Source: a bacterium Ga0077546
GTDB lineage: Bacteria; Cyanobacteriota; Vampirovibrionia; Obscuribacterales; Obscuribacteraceae
DNA length: 64,000 nt
Reading direction: 5' to 3'
Assembly: GCA_943370275.1 (NCBI GenBank)
Contig: CALRQI020000005.1
Location: forward strand, 1,541-65,540
Positions within the stretch are counted from its first letter, which is position 1; each line of letters begins with the position of its first letter. Under the pieces are notes generated by a model. It was not told the DNA's origin. It did not search any database and was given only the letters and a program-made list of their open reading frames with translations. Shown here in pieces: positions 1 to 9,778 of this stretch. Made by a program: the position numbers and the translations under genes.

Positions 1-1316
1 CGCTCACCCTGGAAGACGTAAATGTCGACTGCTGTTTGGTTGTCATCAGCGGTCGAGAACACTTCAGTTTTGCGAGTTGGAATTGTAGTGTTGCGATCGA
101 CCAGTTTGGTCATGACACCACCCATGGTCTCAATACCGAGAGATAGAGGGGTAACGTCGAGAAGCACAACGCCCTTAACTTCACCGCCCAGTACACCGGC
201 TTGAATAGCAGCACCAACGGCAACCACTTCGTCAGGGTTAACGCTCTGGTTAGGCTCTTTACCGCCAGTTACTTGCTTAACAAGCTCTTGCACGGCTGGA
301 ATACGAGTAGAACCACCAACCAATACAACTTCATCGAGGTTGTCATAAGTCAGTTTGGCATCTTTAAGAGATTGTTCCATCGGCATGCGGCAACGCTCTA
401 CCAGATGTCTGGTGAGTTCGTTGAAGCGGGAGCGCGAGAGCTTCATCTCAAGGTGCTTAGGACCAGAAGCATCAGCGGTGATGAATGGCAGAGAAATATT
501 GGTTTCAGTAACGGAAGAGCATTCGATTTTGGCTTTCTCAGCGGCTTCAGTCAAACGTTGTAATGCTTGTCTGTCTTTGCGCAGGTCAATGCCTTCTAAG
601 TTCATGAACTCATCGGCCACCCAGGTCACTACACAATGGTCGAAGTCATCTCCGCCTAAGTGAGTGTCGCCTGATGTTGACTTAACTTCGAAGACGCCAT
701 CGCCCACTTCTAGAATAGAAACGTCGAAAGTACCGCCGCCCAAGTCAAATACAAGAATAGTTTCGTTGTCTTTTTTATCTAAACCGTAGGCAAGTGCTGC
801 CGCCGTAGGCTCGTTGATAATACGGAGAACTTCTAAGCCAGCAATTGTGCCAGCGTTCTTTGTTGATTGCCGTTGAGAGTCATTGAAGTAAGCAGGAACC
901 GTGATTACAGCTGACGTTACTTTTTCACCCAGATACTTCTCAGCATCTTCTTTCAACTTACGCAAAATCATCGCTGAAATTTCTTCTGGCGAATATTCCT
1001 TGCCTTGAATGGAAACCTTACATCCGCCGTCAGCGCCTTCCTTAACTTTGTAGGAAACAATCTTCTTCTCTGATTCAACTTCAGAGAAGCGACGTCCGAC
1101 GAAACGTTTAATTGAATAAACGGTGTTCTCCGGATTGAGCACCGCCTGACGACGAGCAAGCTGTCCAACGAGACGCTCACCAGATTTGGTGAAGGCGACC
1201 ACCGATGGAGTGGTTCGACCACCCTCGGCGTTGGAAACTACGGTCGGCTGACCACCTTCCATAACCGCGACCACTGAGTTGGTTGTGCCCAAATCAATGC
1301 CTACTGACTTACCCAT
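1..1316 (-). CDS. dnaK: Molecular chaperone DnaK (Hsp70), N-terminal ~438 codons; the 3' end runs off the window
   Basis: Reverse-strand translation from the ATG at 1316 reads [42 protein letters not shown]. It continues through DLGGGTFD and [10 protein letters not shown] Hsp70 signatures with no stop to position 1. It is absent from the ORF track because it is open at the edge. An AAGGGAG RBS lies upstream. Confidence 0.97.
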   Translation of the reverse strand, partial: MGKSVGIDLGTTNSVVAVMEGGQPTVVSNAEGGRTTPSVVAFTKSGERLVGQLARRQAVLNPENTVYSIKRFVGRRFSEVESEKKIVSYKVKEGADGGCKVSIQGKEYSPEEISAMILRKLKEDAEKYLGEKVTSAVITVPAYFNDSQRQSTKNAGTIAGLEVLRIINEPTAAALAYGLDKKDNETILVFDLGGGTFDVSILEVGDGVFEVKSTSGDTHLGGDDFDHCVVTWVADEFMNLEGIDLRKDRQALQRLTEAAEKAKIECSSVTETNISLPFITADASGPKHLEMKLSRSRFNELTRHLVERCRMPMEQSLKDAKLTYDNLDEVVLVGGSTRIPAVQELVKQVTGGKEPNQSVNPDEVVAVGAAIQAGVLGGEVKGVVLLDVTPLSLGIETMGGVMTKLVDRNTTIPTRKTEVFSTADDNQTAVDIYVFQGE

Positions 1317-1372
1317 ATACTTTGAAACTCCCTTCGGACCTACTTGAAAGCTCAGGCTGGAGACCCCAAGAA

Positions 1373-1378
1373 ATTATA
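1373..1378 (-). promoter_or_regulatory. Candidate -10 box (TATAAT on the minus strand) for dnaK
   Basis: Perfect TATAAT about 55 nt upstream of the dnaK ATG. No good -35 was seen. I did not find a CIRCE or HAIR element. Confidence 0.3.
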
Positions 1379-1595
1379 CTTGGGATAGCCTCTTGAACTG
1401 AGTACCAAAACTACAGTTTTCCGCACGTTGAATTCTTAACAACCAAAAAAATGGCGATTTACCCAACGTAACTCTGGTAATAGTCCCATGATGCCAATTC
1501 GGCGGGGCTGTGAACTGAAACTTATACAAAGATTCATATTCGCTAATTCGACAAATTTCAAACGCCTATTTTGCCGAAATAATCATTTGATTTGC

Positions 1596-1618
1596 AAGTA
1601 CCGTTGCAAAGGGTACTT
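1596..1618 (-). terminator. Weak hairpin downstream of the 1630-3159 gene
   Basis: AAGTACC-N9-GGTACTT stem just after the stop codon. There is no strong U-tract. Confidence 0.25.
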
Positions 1619-1629
1619 TTACCGAGTTT

Positions 1630-3159
1630 CTACTGCGGTCTAGCTGGCTTAGCAATTGCCAACATCGCCCCTAAGCTGATGCAATCGTCAGGTACTGAAC
1701 CCACACCCACAGATGCCAGTACCGGACTGCCACCAAACTTGGCACTAAGCGGAGTAGTCATGAGCATTTCGGCCATCCGGCCAGCAAAATTGCGAGCTGA
1801 AGTACTTTCAGTTTCAGGCAATAGCAAGGCAAATCCAGAAGAGTCGTAGTGAGCAAATGAATCGGTCTTACGCTTCATTTTATTAACACGCTCAGCCACT
1901 TCTCGAATCGCACCCAGTGGAAGAGGTTGTGACGCGCCATTTGGGTCGGTTGAGCGAACACAAAGTTCAAGCAATATGACCGAAACTGGACGGCCAAAAC
2001 GTTCAAAGCGATGAAATTCTCGCTCAAGCAGATAAAGAAAGGCTTGCTGAGACAAAACACCGGTCTCGGCGCTCATTAATAAGCGCTCGGCTTCGCGAGC
2101 CTGATTCCAGTCAATATCTGCCTCTTGCATGGGCTTTTCTGATGAATCAGGCAGCTCATCGACAAAAGTTACCAGATTACAAGTGGCAAAATTGAAAATT
2201 ATCGGCACCCATTTCTGCTTATTGACATTGCACTTGCGCAAGATGTCGATCAGCCTACTTTTATTGTCAATTAGCTGATACATACGCTTTTGCAAGGTCA
2301 TGTCAGCTCCGGTGCCTTTTTCTAGCAATTGCTCGAAAAGTTGCTCCGTTATAGATGGATGGTTGCGCAGTAAATAACTCTCGTCACGAATATTTTTTTG
2401 CTTGAGCAATTGACGTTGGTCGTCAAGAGCCGCGCCTTCCATCAACATCATGTCGAGGCGCTTTTTGATAGTGACCGTTTCAAACTTAGCTTCTGGATAG
2501 AAGCGAAACTGACCTTCTTCCCAGCCCACTAGCTCAATCAAAGCGGGCGAGCCTTCTAAACTGCCAAGAACGCAGTGAATCGGATTGCCGTCGTCAAAAT
2601 AGACTGTAGCGTTTTCGCTTGTAGTCTCAACCTCAAGCCTGCCGGTGCCCTTGCTCATGCCCACAGATTGCAGGACATTGGGCATTTGCATGTTCTCTAA
2701 GTTACCTTCTAAGGTAGCTTTGCCACGAACGCGACCGCTAGTAGACTGACTCTCGAAGCTTTGAGTAACGGCTTGATCGCTCTTAGAAACGGCATCAAAT
2801 GACGGAAATTGAGCTGTAATTAACTGATGAATAAAAGCCGGATCTGCGGAAACTTGCTCCCAGACGAGCATCTTGTTGCCCTGGTCGCCGCGATAAAGGG
2901 TCCAGTGATAATCGCCCTTACCCCGATCTTTGAAAACAGCCAATGTCAATTCATCTGGCGCGTCGCCAAAAGGGAGCTGGGTGGTATGACCCGGTTCCTT
3001 GAGGCTTTCAGCCAACATATTTTGCAATTGTCTCAGTGCAGGCAAACTAATCTGTTTAGGCAGATTGGTTATGCTCCGCTCTTCGGGCTTCTTTCCGAGC
3101 ACGCTCTGTTTATCCAGTACCAAAGTAGTTTCTGTTTTAGTTTCTATTTCCAACGCCAA
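1630..3159 (-). CDS. DUF4388 (PatA-N-like) domain protein with a degenerate C-terminal GGDEF-like domain
   Basis: 509-aa ORF. The central block GNLENMQMPNVLQSV...GRLEVE...VYFDDGNPIHCV...GWEEGQFRF looks like DUF4388. The C-terminus (RFGRPVSVILLEL...FAHYDSSGFALLLPETE) has the GGDEF-domain layout, but the GG[DE]EF motif is replaced by DSSGF. Confidence 0.8.
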   Translation of the reverse strand: MALEIETKTETTLVLDKQSVLGKKPEERSITNLPKQISLPALRQLQNMLAESLKEPGHTTQLPFGDAPDELTLAVFKDRGKGDYHWTLYRGDQGNKMLVWEQVSADPAFIHQLITAQFPSFDAVSKSDQAVTQSFESQSTSGRVRGKATLEGNLENMQMPNVLQSVGMSKGTGRLEVETTSENATVYFDDGNPIHCVLGSLEGSPALIELVGWEEGQFRFYPEAKFETVTIKKRLDMMLMEGAALDDQRQLLKQKNIRDESYLLRNHPSITEQLFEQLLEKGTGADMTLQKRMYQLIDNKSRLIDILRKCNVNKQKWVPIIFNFATCNLVTFVDELPDSSEKPMQEADIDWNQAREAERLLMSAETGVLSQQAFLYLLEREFHRFERFGRPVSVILLELCVRSTDPNGASQPLPLGAIREVAERVNKMKRKTDSFAHYDSSGFALLLPETESTSARNFAGRMAEMLMTTPLSAKFGGSPVLASVGVGSVPDDCISLGAMLAIAKPARPQ

Positions 3160-3238
3160 CTTATGCCGAAACTGTTGTCAAAATTCTAACAACAGAAAGC
3201 TTAAGCCTATCTACCTTTTACCCGCTTTTCCCTGAAAA

Positions 3239-3958
3239 TCAGACAGCAGGTAAAACTTCGCCGATAGCCAATGCCCTAACATCGACCACTGAACCGGTGT
3301 CTCTAGCCAGGTTGAGCAAATCAGATGACTGATAACGAAAGAAAACTTGGTCTTTAAGAGGCTGCCAGTGCATAGGCACCAGTCTAGTTGCCTTGATTTC
3401 CTCAGCAATTCGCAACGCCTCTGCCGGCTTGGCTGTGGCGTACTTACCGCCAATTGGCAAAACAGCTGTATGAACAACTTTGCCGGCCAATGATTCAGCA
3501 ATAAGCGGCGTATAAATCGTGGCACCAGCATGATAGTAGCCACCAAAGTAGTAGCCGTTCACTGGTTTACCCGGGGCCCGGCTGCGTGCAAACAAAGCCA
3601 TAATGGTTTTGCCAAGACGGTTAAGAGGATGATGTGCTGGAATGGCTAAAATTTCCAATCCCTTGAAAACAATAGTCTCTCCGTGGTCAATGGCAATAAG
3701 TTTATCTAGCGGAATTTTGCGACGCTTGTGCAACCAGTGCATAAGCTTGGCCGGGCCAGCAAAATGACAGCCCCAAGTGTCATAAAGTTTGCGCGCCATC
3801 AAAGCACCGTGATCGAAGTGCCCATGGGAAAAAAGCACTAGATCAGCATGCGGTAATTTGGCTAGATCTACTGGCGCTTGTAAATAGGGATCGGTATAGA
3901 TACAAAGGTTGCCAATTTCAAACTTGACGGCGCTATGTCCTAGAAAGGTTAGATTCAA
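3239..3958 (-). CDS. MBL-fold metallo-hydrolase
   Basis: 239-aa ORF with the HxHxDH motif (SHGHFDHG) and downstream His/Asp ligand positions. Confidence 0.85.
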   Translation of the reverse strand: MNLTFLGHSAVKFEIGNLCIYTDPYLQAPVDLAKLPHADLVLFSHGHFDHGALMARKLYDTWGCHFAGPAKLMHWLHKRRKIPLDKLIAIDHGETIVFKGLEILAIPAHHPLNRLGKTIMALFARSRAPGKPVNGYYFGGYYHAGATIYTPLIAESLAGKVVHTAVLPIGGKYATAKPAEALRIAEEIKATRLVPMHWQPLKDQVFFRYQSSDLLNLARDTGSVVDVRALAIGEVLPAV

Positions 3959-4027
3959 AGCACTTCTCCAGAGGACTCCTCTTAGTACAATCAGAGCCTA
4001 TCAATTATCCACACCCTTTCAGGTTCT

Positions 4028-5659
4028 ATGACAATGAGAAGACCGCTAATTTTTCTTTCAGGCCTCCTAGCTCTCACGCCAATTGTATCCGCAACTTACG
4101 GTTGTAAGACAAGTGCGGCCGAAGCGGCCCCTCAACCCAAGGAGTGGGTCAAATATTTAAACCCGATGCCGCGCAAGAACTACAGCTTAAACGAAAGTCA
4201 AGATAGAGCAATTAAGAAGAAAGGTTTCAAAAGCGTAGCGATTGCTGGAGCAAAGCCAGTTGCCAATCGCGAATTAGGCTTTTTTGCCCTGCTCGATACT
4301 GCCACCGTAAATAGTGAACTGACAAACAGCACCGGCATGATCGAGAAGCTGCTTGACAAGCCAGAAGTCAACGGCCTTTCAGTAATTATTCCTTGGCGCG
4401 ACTTAGCACCAGAAGAAGAAAAATACGATTGGTCTAAAATCGAAAAACTGCTAGCGATTTGTAAGCAGAAAAACAAGACACTTATTCTTAGAGTCTCAAC
4501 CTGCGGCAGCGACAATAGCGCAGAATCAGACACGCCAAATTGGATTTACGAAGCCGGCGTGAAGTCCATCACTTATAAAGGCACCGACGGCAAAGACCAC
4601 AAGATGCCAATCTTCTGGGATTCGACCTATTTGGCTAAATGGGGCAACTTCGTCGCCGACCTTGGCGCCAAGTTCGACAAGAACGAGTCTCTACATAGCG
4701 TCGGCATCACTGGCGGTGGCGTCCTCGGAGGCACACCAGTGGTGCCTGAAATGAGCCAGCCACTGAACAAAGAAGCCTATAAAGCTCTCGAAGAAAAATT
4801 GACCAAAGAACACAATATGAGTCAGAGGCAATTGGTTGAGCACTGGAAGTATGTCGCTGACATTTTCCCAAAAGCTTTCCCTACCGCTCGTTTGAACTTC
4901 GACATCGACCCAACCACGCCTAACAGAGCCGGACAAGATAGTTTGGACGAAATCTCTGACTATCTGGTTTACCGCTACGGCCAACGTATTTATCTAACCA
5001 GACAAAATATTGGCGATGCCAAACACGGCTTTGATCAATATCGCGTCTTGCTCAAGTTCCATGCCGACACTTTGACTGGCTACCAATTGCTACCGACAGT
5101 CACCCCTGAAGAAATGACTAAATTGGCAAAGAACGCTTTAGACGATGGTGTCAGCTTTGTTGAAGTACCGCCAGCCTTGCTCAATTCCGATCAAGAACCA
5201 GTGAAGAAAGCCCTTGAAGACATTCGCTCGCACTTGGGCTACCAGCTGGTATCGCAGAAGGTGACGATTCCTGCTGAGGTCAAAGCTGGAGAGAAATTAA
5301 AAGCATCCTTTACTTTTAGCAACCTGGGCGCAGCCAGTGCACTTCGACCAGTACGCAACTTAGATCGCGACGTGCCATCTTCTTATATCGTGCAAATCGA
5401 ATTGCGTGACGCTAACGGCAAAGCCATTGCTTTGCTAAGACACACACCAGGCATGCCTACCAATAAATGGAAATCTGGTCAGCCAATTACCTGGGAATCT
5501 GAATTAGCGACTAAGTCAATCAAGCCAGGCGAATACACTGCCTATTTGTCTGTGATTGAACCTGACACTAAACGCAAGCTGCAAATACTCAATGCCATAT
5601 CGACCGAAACTCCTAGCCCAGAAACAGCAGTGAATGTCGGGAAGCTCAAAGTTCAGTAG
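4028..5659 (+). CDS. Lipoprotein with a glycoside-hydrolase-like TIM-barrel and a C-terminal beta-sandwich (resembles DUF4874/DUF4832-type proteins)
   Basis: 543-aa ORF. Signal peptide plus a Cys lipobox-like site (ATYGC). The block IIPWRDLAPEEEKYDWSKIEKLL...LILRV is GH42/GH5-like. It is followed by a strong terminator. Confidence 0.75.
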   Translation: MTMRRPLIFLSGLLALTPIVSATYGCKTSAAEAAPQPKEWVKYLNPMPRKNYSLNESQDRAIKKKGFKSVAIAGAKPVANRELGFFALLDTATVNSELTNSTGMIEKLLDKPEVNGLSVIIPWRDLAPEEEKYDWSKIEKLLAICKQKNKTLILRVSTCGSDNSAESDTPNWIYEAGVKSITYKGTDGKDHKMPIFWDSTYLAKWGNFVADLGAKFDKNESLHSVGITGGGVLGGTPVVPEMSQPLNKEAYKALEEKLTKEHNMSQRQLVEHWKYVADIFPKAFPTARLNFDIDPTTPNRAGQDSLDEISDYLVYRYGQRIYLTRQNIGDAKHGFDQYRVLLKFHADTLTGYQLLPTVTPEEMTKLAKNALDDGVSFVEVPPALLNSDQEPVKKALEDIRSHLGYQLVSQKVTIPAEVKAGEKLKASFTFSNLGAASALRPVRNLDRDVPSSYIVQIELRDANGKAIALLRHTPGMPTNKWKSGQPITWESELATKSIKPGEYTAYLSVIEPDTKRKLQILNAISTETPSPETAVNVGKLKVQ

Positions 5660-5690
5660 TTTTTTTTCGGTCCAATCTCAGCGATTTCAG

Positions 5691-5735
5691 AAAAGCCTGA
5701 TATCAAAGCCCTGTCTTTATATCAGGCTTTTGCTT
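5691..5735 (+). terminator. Rho-independent terminator
   Basis: 12-bp perfect stem AAAGCCTGATAT/ATATCAGGCTTT followed by T-rich sequence, about 30 nt after the stop at 5659. Confidence 0.7.
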
Positions 5736-5821
5736 AGCCGCTGGAAAATAAATATGGAACTATCACCAACTCGCCCCGTCTGAATATCGACACGGACAAA
5801 GACGGACAAAGGAAGAGTAAG

Positions 5822-6244
5822 ATGAGAAGCAAATTTCTAAAAATATCGAGTACCTTAATGGCGACTCTAGCTGTTGCAGGTATTGCATTCTCTGCTCCTG
5901 CAGAGTCTAAAAACAATGACCAACAGAAAGCTCTGAATGCCATTGCCATGCAAAACTATTTAAATCAACAAGCCCAAGCTGGGCCGCCCCAGAACCAATA
6001 CGATCTGAATATTTCCAACCTGCAGAAGGGTGGCTATCTGCCAAGCGGCAACCCAAACTATAACTATGGTGCCTACAACAACTATGGTGTCAACTATCGC
6101 CGCCAGGGTCACCGCAGGCCATATATCAACCCGAACTACACTAACGGCAACTATAACAACGGCTACTACAATAATGACTATTATAGAAATGCCAACAACA
6201 GCAATCTGGGCCAGAGAATTATCAACAAAGTACGCAGCTGGTAG
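5822..6244 (+). CDS. Secreted Asn/Tyr/Gly-rich low-complexity protein
   Basis: 140-aa ORF with a signal peptide (MRSKFLKISSTLMATLAVAGIAFSAPA). The C-terminal half is NYNYGAYNNYGVNY...NGNYNNGYYNNDYYRN. It is flanked by terminators. Confidence 0.7.
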   Translation: MRSKFLKISSTLMATLAVAGIAFSAPAESKNNDQQKALNAIAMQNYLNQQAQAGPPQNQYDLNISNLQKGGYLPSGNPNYNYGAYNNYGVNYRRQGHRRPYINPNYTNGNYNNGYYNNDYYRNANNSNLGQRIINKVRSW

Positions 6245-6301
6245 GCCGCAAGCCATAACCTTCTGCTGATCATGCCGAGCTAGCCAATTAGCGCCCTAGC
6301 A

Positions 6302-6339
6302 AAAAGAAAAAAGCGTGTATATACACGCTTTTTTCTTTT
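6302..6339. terminator. Bidirectional rho-independent terminator
   Basis: Palindrome AAAAGAAAAAAGCGTGTATATACACGCTTTTTTCTTTT, a GC stem flanked by A-run and T-run, between convergent genes. Confidence 0.75.
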
Positions 6340-6374
6340 CTAACCCAAACACTTTAGACAAGATTATCCTCTAG

Positions 6375-6409
6375 ACAAAATACTTGATTCCTCAAGTATT
6401 TTGTTTTTG
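6375..6409. terminator. Second hairpin between convergent genes
   Basis: 13-bp perfect stem ACAAAATACTTGA/TCAAGTATTTTGT with a 4-nt loop and a T-run on the plus strand. It lies about 20 nt beyond the stop of the minus-strand vWA gene. Confidence 0.5.
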
Positions 6410-6428
6410 CGAACCTAGAATTGAACTC

Positions 6429-9176
6429 CTAAATATTATTCTTCCAAAATGAAAGAAAATCGTTCTTGTTCTGAGGCGGTGCCGCACCTTTGACCTGGTC
6501 TATATAGCCGAGAGACAGATTGGCCACATAGGCTAAGTCACTTGAAGACAAATTAGCGCCATTAGTGTTGAGCAGCGAAGATAGAGCCGGTAAAACTTTC
6601 TCTAGCAGCAAGAAACAAATAATCGGGTGAGAATCAACCACCTGGTTGCGTCCCGATAAAGCTTCAAGAGCCACTTTGATCTTGCCAAACTCAATAAACT
6701 CTTTGCTCCAATCACCATCTCCACTGGTCATAATCTTCAACATCGACTCAAGTGCTTTTTGCAAACGCTCCATAATCACCATCAGCTTGCTCCAGTCTTT
6801 AGCAAGAGCATCTTTATTTGTTACCCACAAATCACTGCTGCCCTTTGCCCCGTCAGCCTCAGGCGGAGCTCCCATTGCCTCAAAAATTGCTTCAATAGAC
6901 TCTTCTGATTCTGGTACTCTGGCGCCAAGAGAATTAGCAGCACTGCCAGAGAATCCAGAAAACGAAGATCCTGGCGGTGGGCAGGCAGGCATCGGGCCAG
7001 CAGCCCCCCAGGCATCGTTTGAAGCAGAACCATCTCTAGAACCAGCAGACGGCGCTCCCCAGCCACCACCGCCGCCCCACATGCCCGTACTAGCAGATAT
7101 CTGTGAAGGTGAAGCAGGCTGGGTGGCCTGTCTCATTCTTATCAATGAACTAGCGGGAGCTGCTCCCCAAGCAGCACCAGCAGCAGGAAATTCTTTCCAT
7201 TGCGCCGGTGTCTCCACTGGCTGCACAAGCTTACGCAGATCGCCGCTGGGGTTAGCTATCTCACTATGATCAACAGCCAAGAAAGCCGTAAAACGCGTCA
7301 GCAAACTATGGGCCACAGACAACTCTACAATTTCTCGTTCATAAATCTGCCCTTCATTTGCAACAGAGTCGCGCATGAGATCTTCCAACTCACTAATACG
7401 CGCCTTGGCATAAAGCTGAGGCAAAGCGGCATTTGCAGTTGGGCGCAAAGAAATTTTCTCTTTGTACTTGCCACCACTGGCGAGGCGACCGACAACTTCT
7501 ATAGTTTGGGGAAGTTTATCGGGAGTGCATTGAAAATATATTGATACCGGCCGGCCTTCGAACAAATCAATTGTCTTGTGCGGCGCACAGGTTAATTGCT
7601 TATTGTCGACAATGTGCAAATCAGTAACTAACGGCACACCAATTTCGCGAGCAACATTTATCAAAGCATTTTCTAAGGCATCGCCTGGAGGCACAAAAGT
7701 AGACGTTCCCCCACCCAAACTTGCCAATCTTTTGAGGAAACCATCGTTAACAGCGGTATCGACACCGACGGTAAAGACACGAGTAGCATTGACACGCCCC
7801 TGAATAGTCTTGAGAATATGCGACTCATCAGCGACCTCACCATCGGTGATTAAGACAACAATGGCCTGCCGTTTTGCCTTTGTTTTTGATGTCGATTTTT
7901 CGGAAGCAGCAGCTTGCTCGATGACATCAAAACAGTCTTCTAGTGCCCCTTGCATTTCAGTGCTACCACGAGCATCAATGGAGCGCAAATAGCTCACGCC
8001 TCTTTCAATAGCCTTGAGAGAAGCAGGGAAGAATTTGTGCTGCCGACCACTATCTTCTAGCCATTCAAAAGTATTGTCGAAAGCACAAATGGCAAAGCGG
8101 TCATCGGGACGCAAAGTATTGAGCAAAATTATGAGGGCCCTGGCTGCTGAAGTCATTTTCAGACCATTCATTGAGCCTGAGCGATCAAGCAAGAAAACCA
8201 CATCGCGAGCCACAACTTTAGAAGAGGCTTGCTCTAAAGCCGGAGGATTGATAGAGACCATGCCATATTGGAAATCAACTTCCTTAATCGACACGGTTTT
8301 CTCAGTAACCAAGCCGTTCGAAGTCAGGTCGGCAGCAGCCAGCTTCCACGACAAAACGAAGTCACGGTCAAGGGGCTCGTCGTCGTTAACCAATCCTACT
8401 TTGATACCATTTTTGCCAAAGCCTGACTTGGTGGCATGCTGAGAACAAACTAAATCGGCCACCTGATCATCATCACCTAGCTCAATGTTGACAGTTAGAG
8501 ACAAAGAAACCTTCGGGTCAAATCCTGGGGCCAGGCGCGGTGGGGTAATGCGCGAAGCATCGCTGACCTTATCAGTGTCAGGCTCAACGCCATCACCAAC
8601 ACTATCGCGGTCTAATGGCACGCCAGCCACATAGCGAGGGGCCACCACTAAGGGCAAGCGAATCTCGGTGTGACCACTGGCGAAATAGGCCAAACGCTCG
8701 CTATAGACAATCGTGACAGTAATTTCTTCACCCGGCATGATATTGCCAACTTGAGCAGTGAAGACATCATCGCGTTCTTGTTCGAGGATGGCCGCCCTTT
8801 TACCCTCGTCAACGGCAGCTTGATACTCCTGCCGAGCGACGGCGCGCTCTTTAACCAGGCCTTCAATAACCCGCTCACCCACCTGCATCTGAAACTTGCT
8901 GACAGACGAGGAGCCAGCCAACGGAAAAATATAAACAGCCTCGATTGGCTCTTTGAGCTGATTAACAAACTTCTGCACCACGGTGACAGAGGCAATACGG
9001 TCTACCACATTGGCGCTGATTTCGACGCTAGCCAGAGGTAGAGCTGGTCGCCCCGATTCTCTCTTCTCATTTTCAAAGCAGCCAAACAAGCGCCGCGGCT
9101 CAGAGAAGGCATCAAGCAAATCGCGCTCCAGCAACGGTATTCTTTCTGAACTTTGACATCTTTCGCTATCACTCAT
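6429..9176 (-). CDS. Cytoplasmic VIT domain + von Willebrand factor type A domain protein with a G/A/S/W-rich linker and a helical C-terminal domain
   Basis: The N-terminal VIT-like block is VDRIASVTVVQKF...AVYIFPL...FQMQVGERVIEG. The vWA MIDAS motif is VVFLLDRSGSM. There is no signal peptide. The ORF track starts at 9194, but the ATG at 9176 has a GGAGAA RBS and sits 1 nt after the upstream gene's TGA. Confidence 0.9.
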   Translation of the reverse strand: MSDSERCQSSERIPLLERDLLDAFSEPRRLFGCFENEKRESGRPALPLASVEISANVVDRIASVTVVQKFVNQLKEPIEAVYIFPLAGSSSVSKFQMQVGERVIEGLVKERAVARQEYQAAVDEGKRAAILEQERDDVFTAQVGNIMPGEEITVTIVYSERLAYFASGHTEIRLPLVVAPRYVAGVPLDRDSVGDGVEPDTDKVSDASRITPPRLAPGFDPKVSLSLTVNIELGDDDQVADLVCSQHATKSGFGKNGIKVGLVNDDEPLDRDFVLSWKLAAADLTSNGLVTEKTVSIKEVDFQYGMVSINPPALEQASSKVVARDVVFLLDRSGSMNGLKMTSAARALIILLNTLRPDDRFAICAFDNTFEWLEDSGRQHKFFPASLKAIERGVSYLRSIDARGSTEMQGALEDCFDVIEQAAASEKSTSKTKAKRQAIVVLITDGEVADESHILKTIQGRVNATRVFTVGVDTAVNDGFLKRLASLGGGTSTFVPPGDALENALINVAREIGVPLVTDLHIVDNKQLTCAPHKTIDLFEGRPVSIYFQCTPDKLPQTIEVVGRLASGGKYKEKISLRPTANAALPQLYAKARISELEDLMRDSVANEGQIYEREIVELSVAHSLLTRFTAFLAVDHSEIANPSGDLRKLVQPVETPAQWKEFPAAGAAWGAAPASSLIRMRQATQPASPSQISASTGMWGGGGGWGAPSAGSRDGSASNDAWGAAGPMPACPPPGSSFSGFSGSAANSLGARVPESEESIEAIFEAMGAPPEADGAKGSSDLWVTNKDALAKDWSKLMVIMERLQKALESMLKIMTSGDGDWSKEFIEFGKIKVALEALSGRNQVVDSHPIICFLLLEKVLPALSSLLNTNGANLSSSDLAYVANLSLGYIDQVKGAAPPQNKNDFLSFWKNNI

Positions 9177-9177
9177 T

Positions 9178-9723
9178 TCAATTCTCCGTTGCATTTGATA
9201 AAACTTTCAGAGCAATCTCAATACGCTCTCTAAGAGCCTCGATACTGAGATTCGACTTGTATCCATCAGCTACCGTTAATTTCAAACCGGGTTCTAGAAT
9301 AATCTCTCGGTAAAGGCTAGCCACAGGCATCGCGGCCTGAGTCTGTTTTCGTTCTTTATTAGAAGAGGCTATCGACTGCAGTAAAGATTTAAGCTCAGAC
9401 TCAGTCAGGCCGTAGAGCTTTTCTTGGACACGGGCGAGAGGAAACTGCATGCTTTGCAATGCCTTCACAGCAAGTAATTGCAGCACATGGCGCTGGCCAT
9501 AACGAGCCTGCCGACCATCTATAAAAGGACGGTCGAGCAAGCCGAGAGTCGTGTAATAGCGAATAGTGCGAGCGTCGGGCAAAGAAGAAACTCGCTGGTC
9601 TTTAGCAGCCAATTCACTAACACCAAATTCTGCCTGCATAAGCCGCGCCACCTCTTGAGATAGCTGCTCAAGGCTCATTAATTCAGTATTTTTACTATAT
9701 TCAGTGCTCATAACAGTATTCAA
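9178..9723 (-). CDS. MerR-family HTH protein
   Basis: 181-aa ORF. DARTIRYYTTLGLLDRP...RQARYGQRHVLQLLAVKALQ is the MerR-type HTH/wing signature. Its stop abuts the vWA gene start. Confidence 0.85.
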   Translation of the reverse strand: MNTVMSTEYSKNTELMSLEQLSQEVARLMQAEFGVSELAAKDQRVSSLPDARTIRYYTTLGLLDRPFIDGRQARYGQRHVLQLLAVKALQSMQFPLARVQEKLYGLTESELKSLLQSIASSNKERKQTQAAMPVASLYREIILEPGLKLTVADGYKSNLSIEALRERIEIALKVLSNATEN

Positions 9724-9778
9724 TCAAATTACTGTCACGCTGTCAAGGTGCCAACCCTTCCGAATAAACTTACGTGAA

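Noticed and set aside
1317-1629. CIRCE (HrcA) or HAIR (HspR) heat-shock operator upstream of dnaK
   Set aside because: There is no TTAGCACTC-N9-GAGTGCTAA or CTTGAGT-N7-ACTCAAG dyad. Only a lone CTTGAACTGAGT half-like string is present.
6646-7269. 207-aa plus-strand ORF (plus the 6821-7069 minus ORF) inside the vWA gene
   Set aside because: It lies antisense or out of frame within the G/A/S/P-rich low-complexity segment of a well-supported 915-aa gene. Its Pro/Ala-rich translation is the compositional mirror of that segment.
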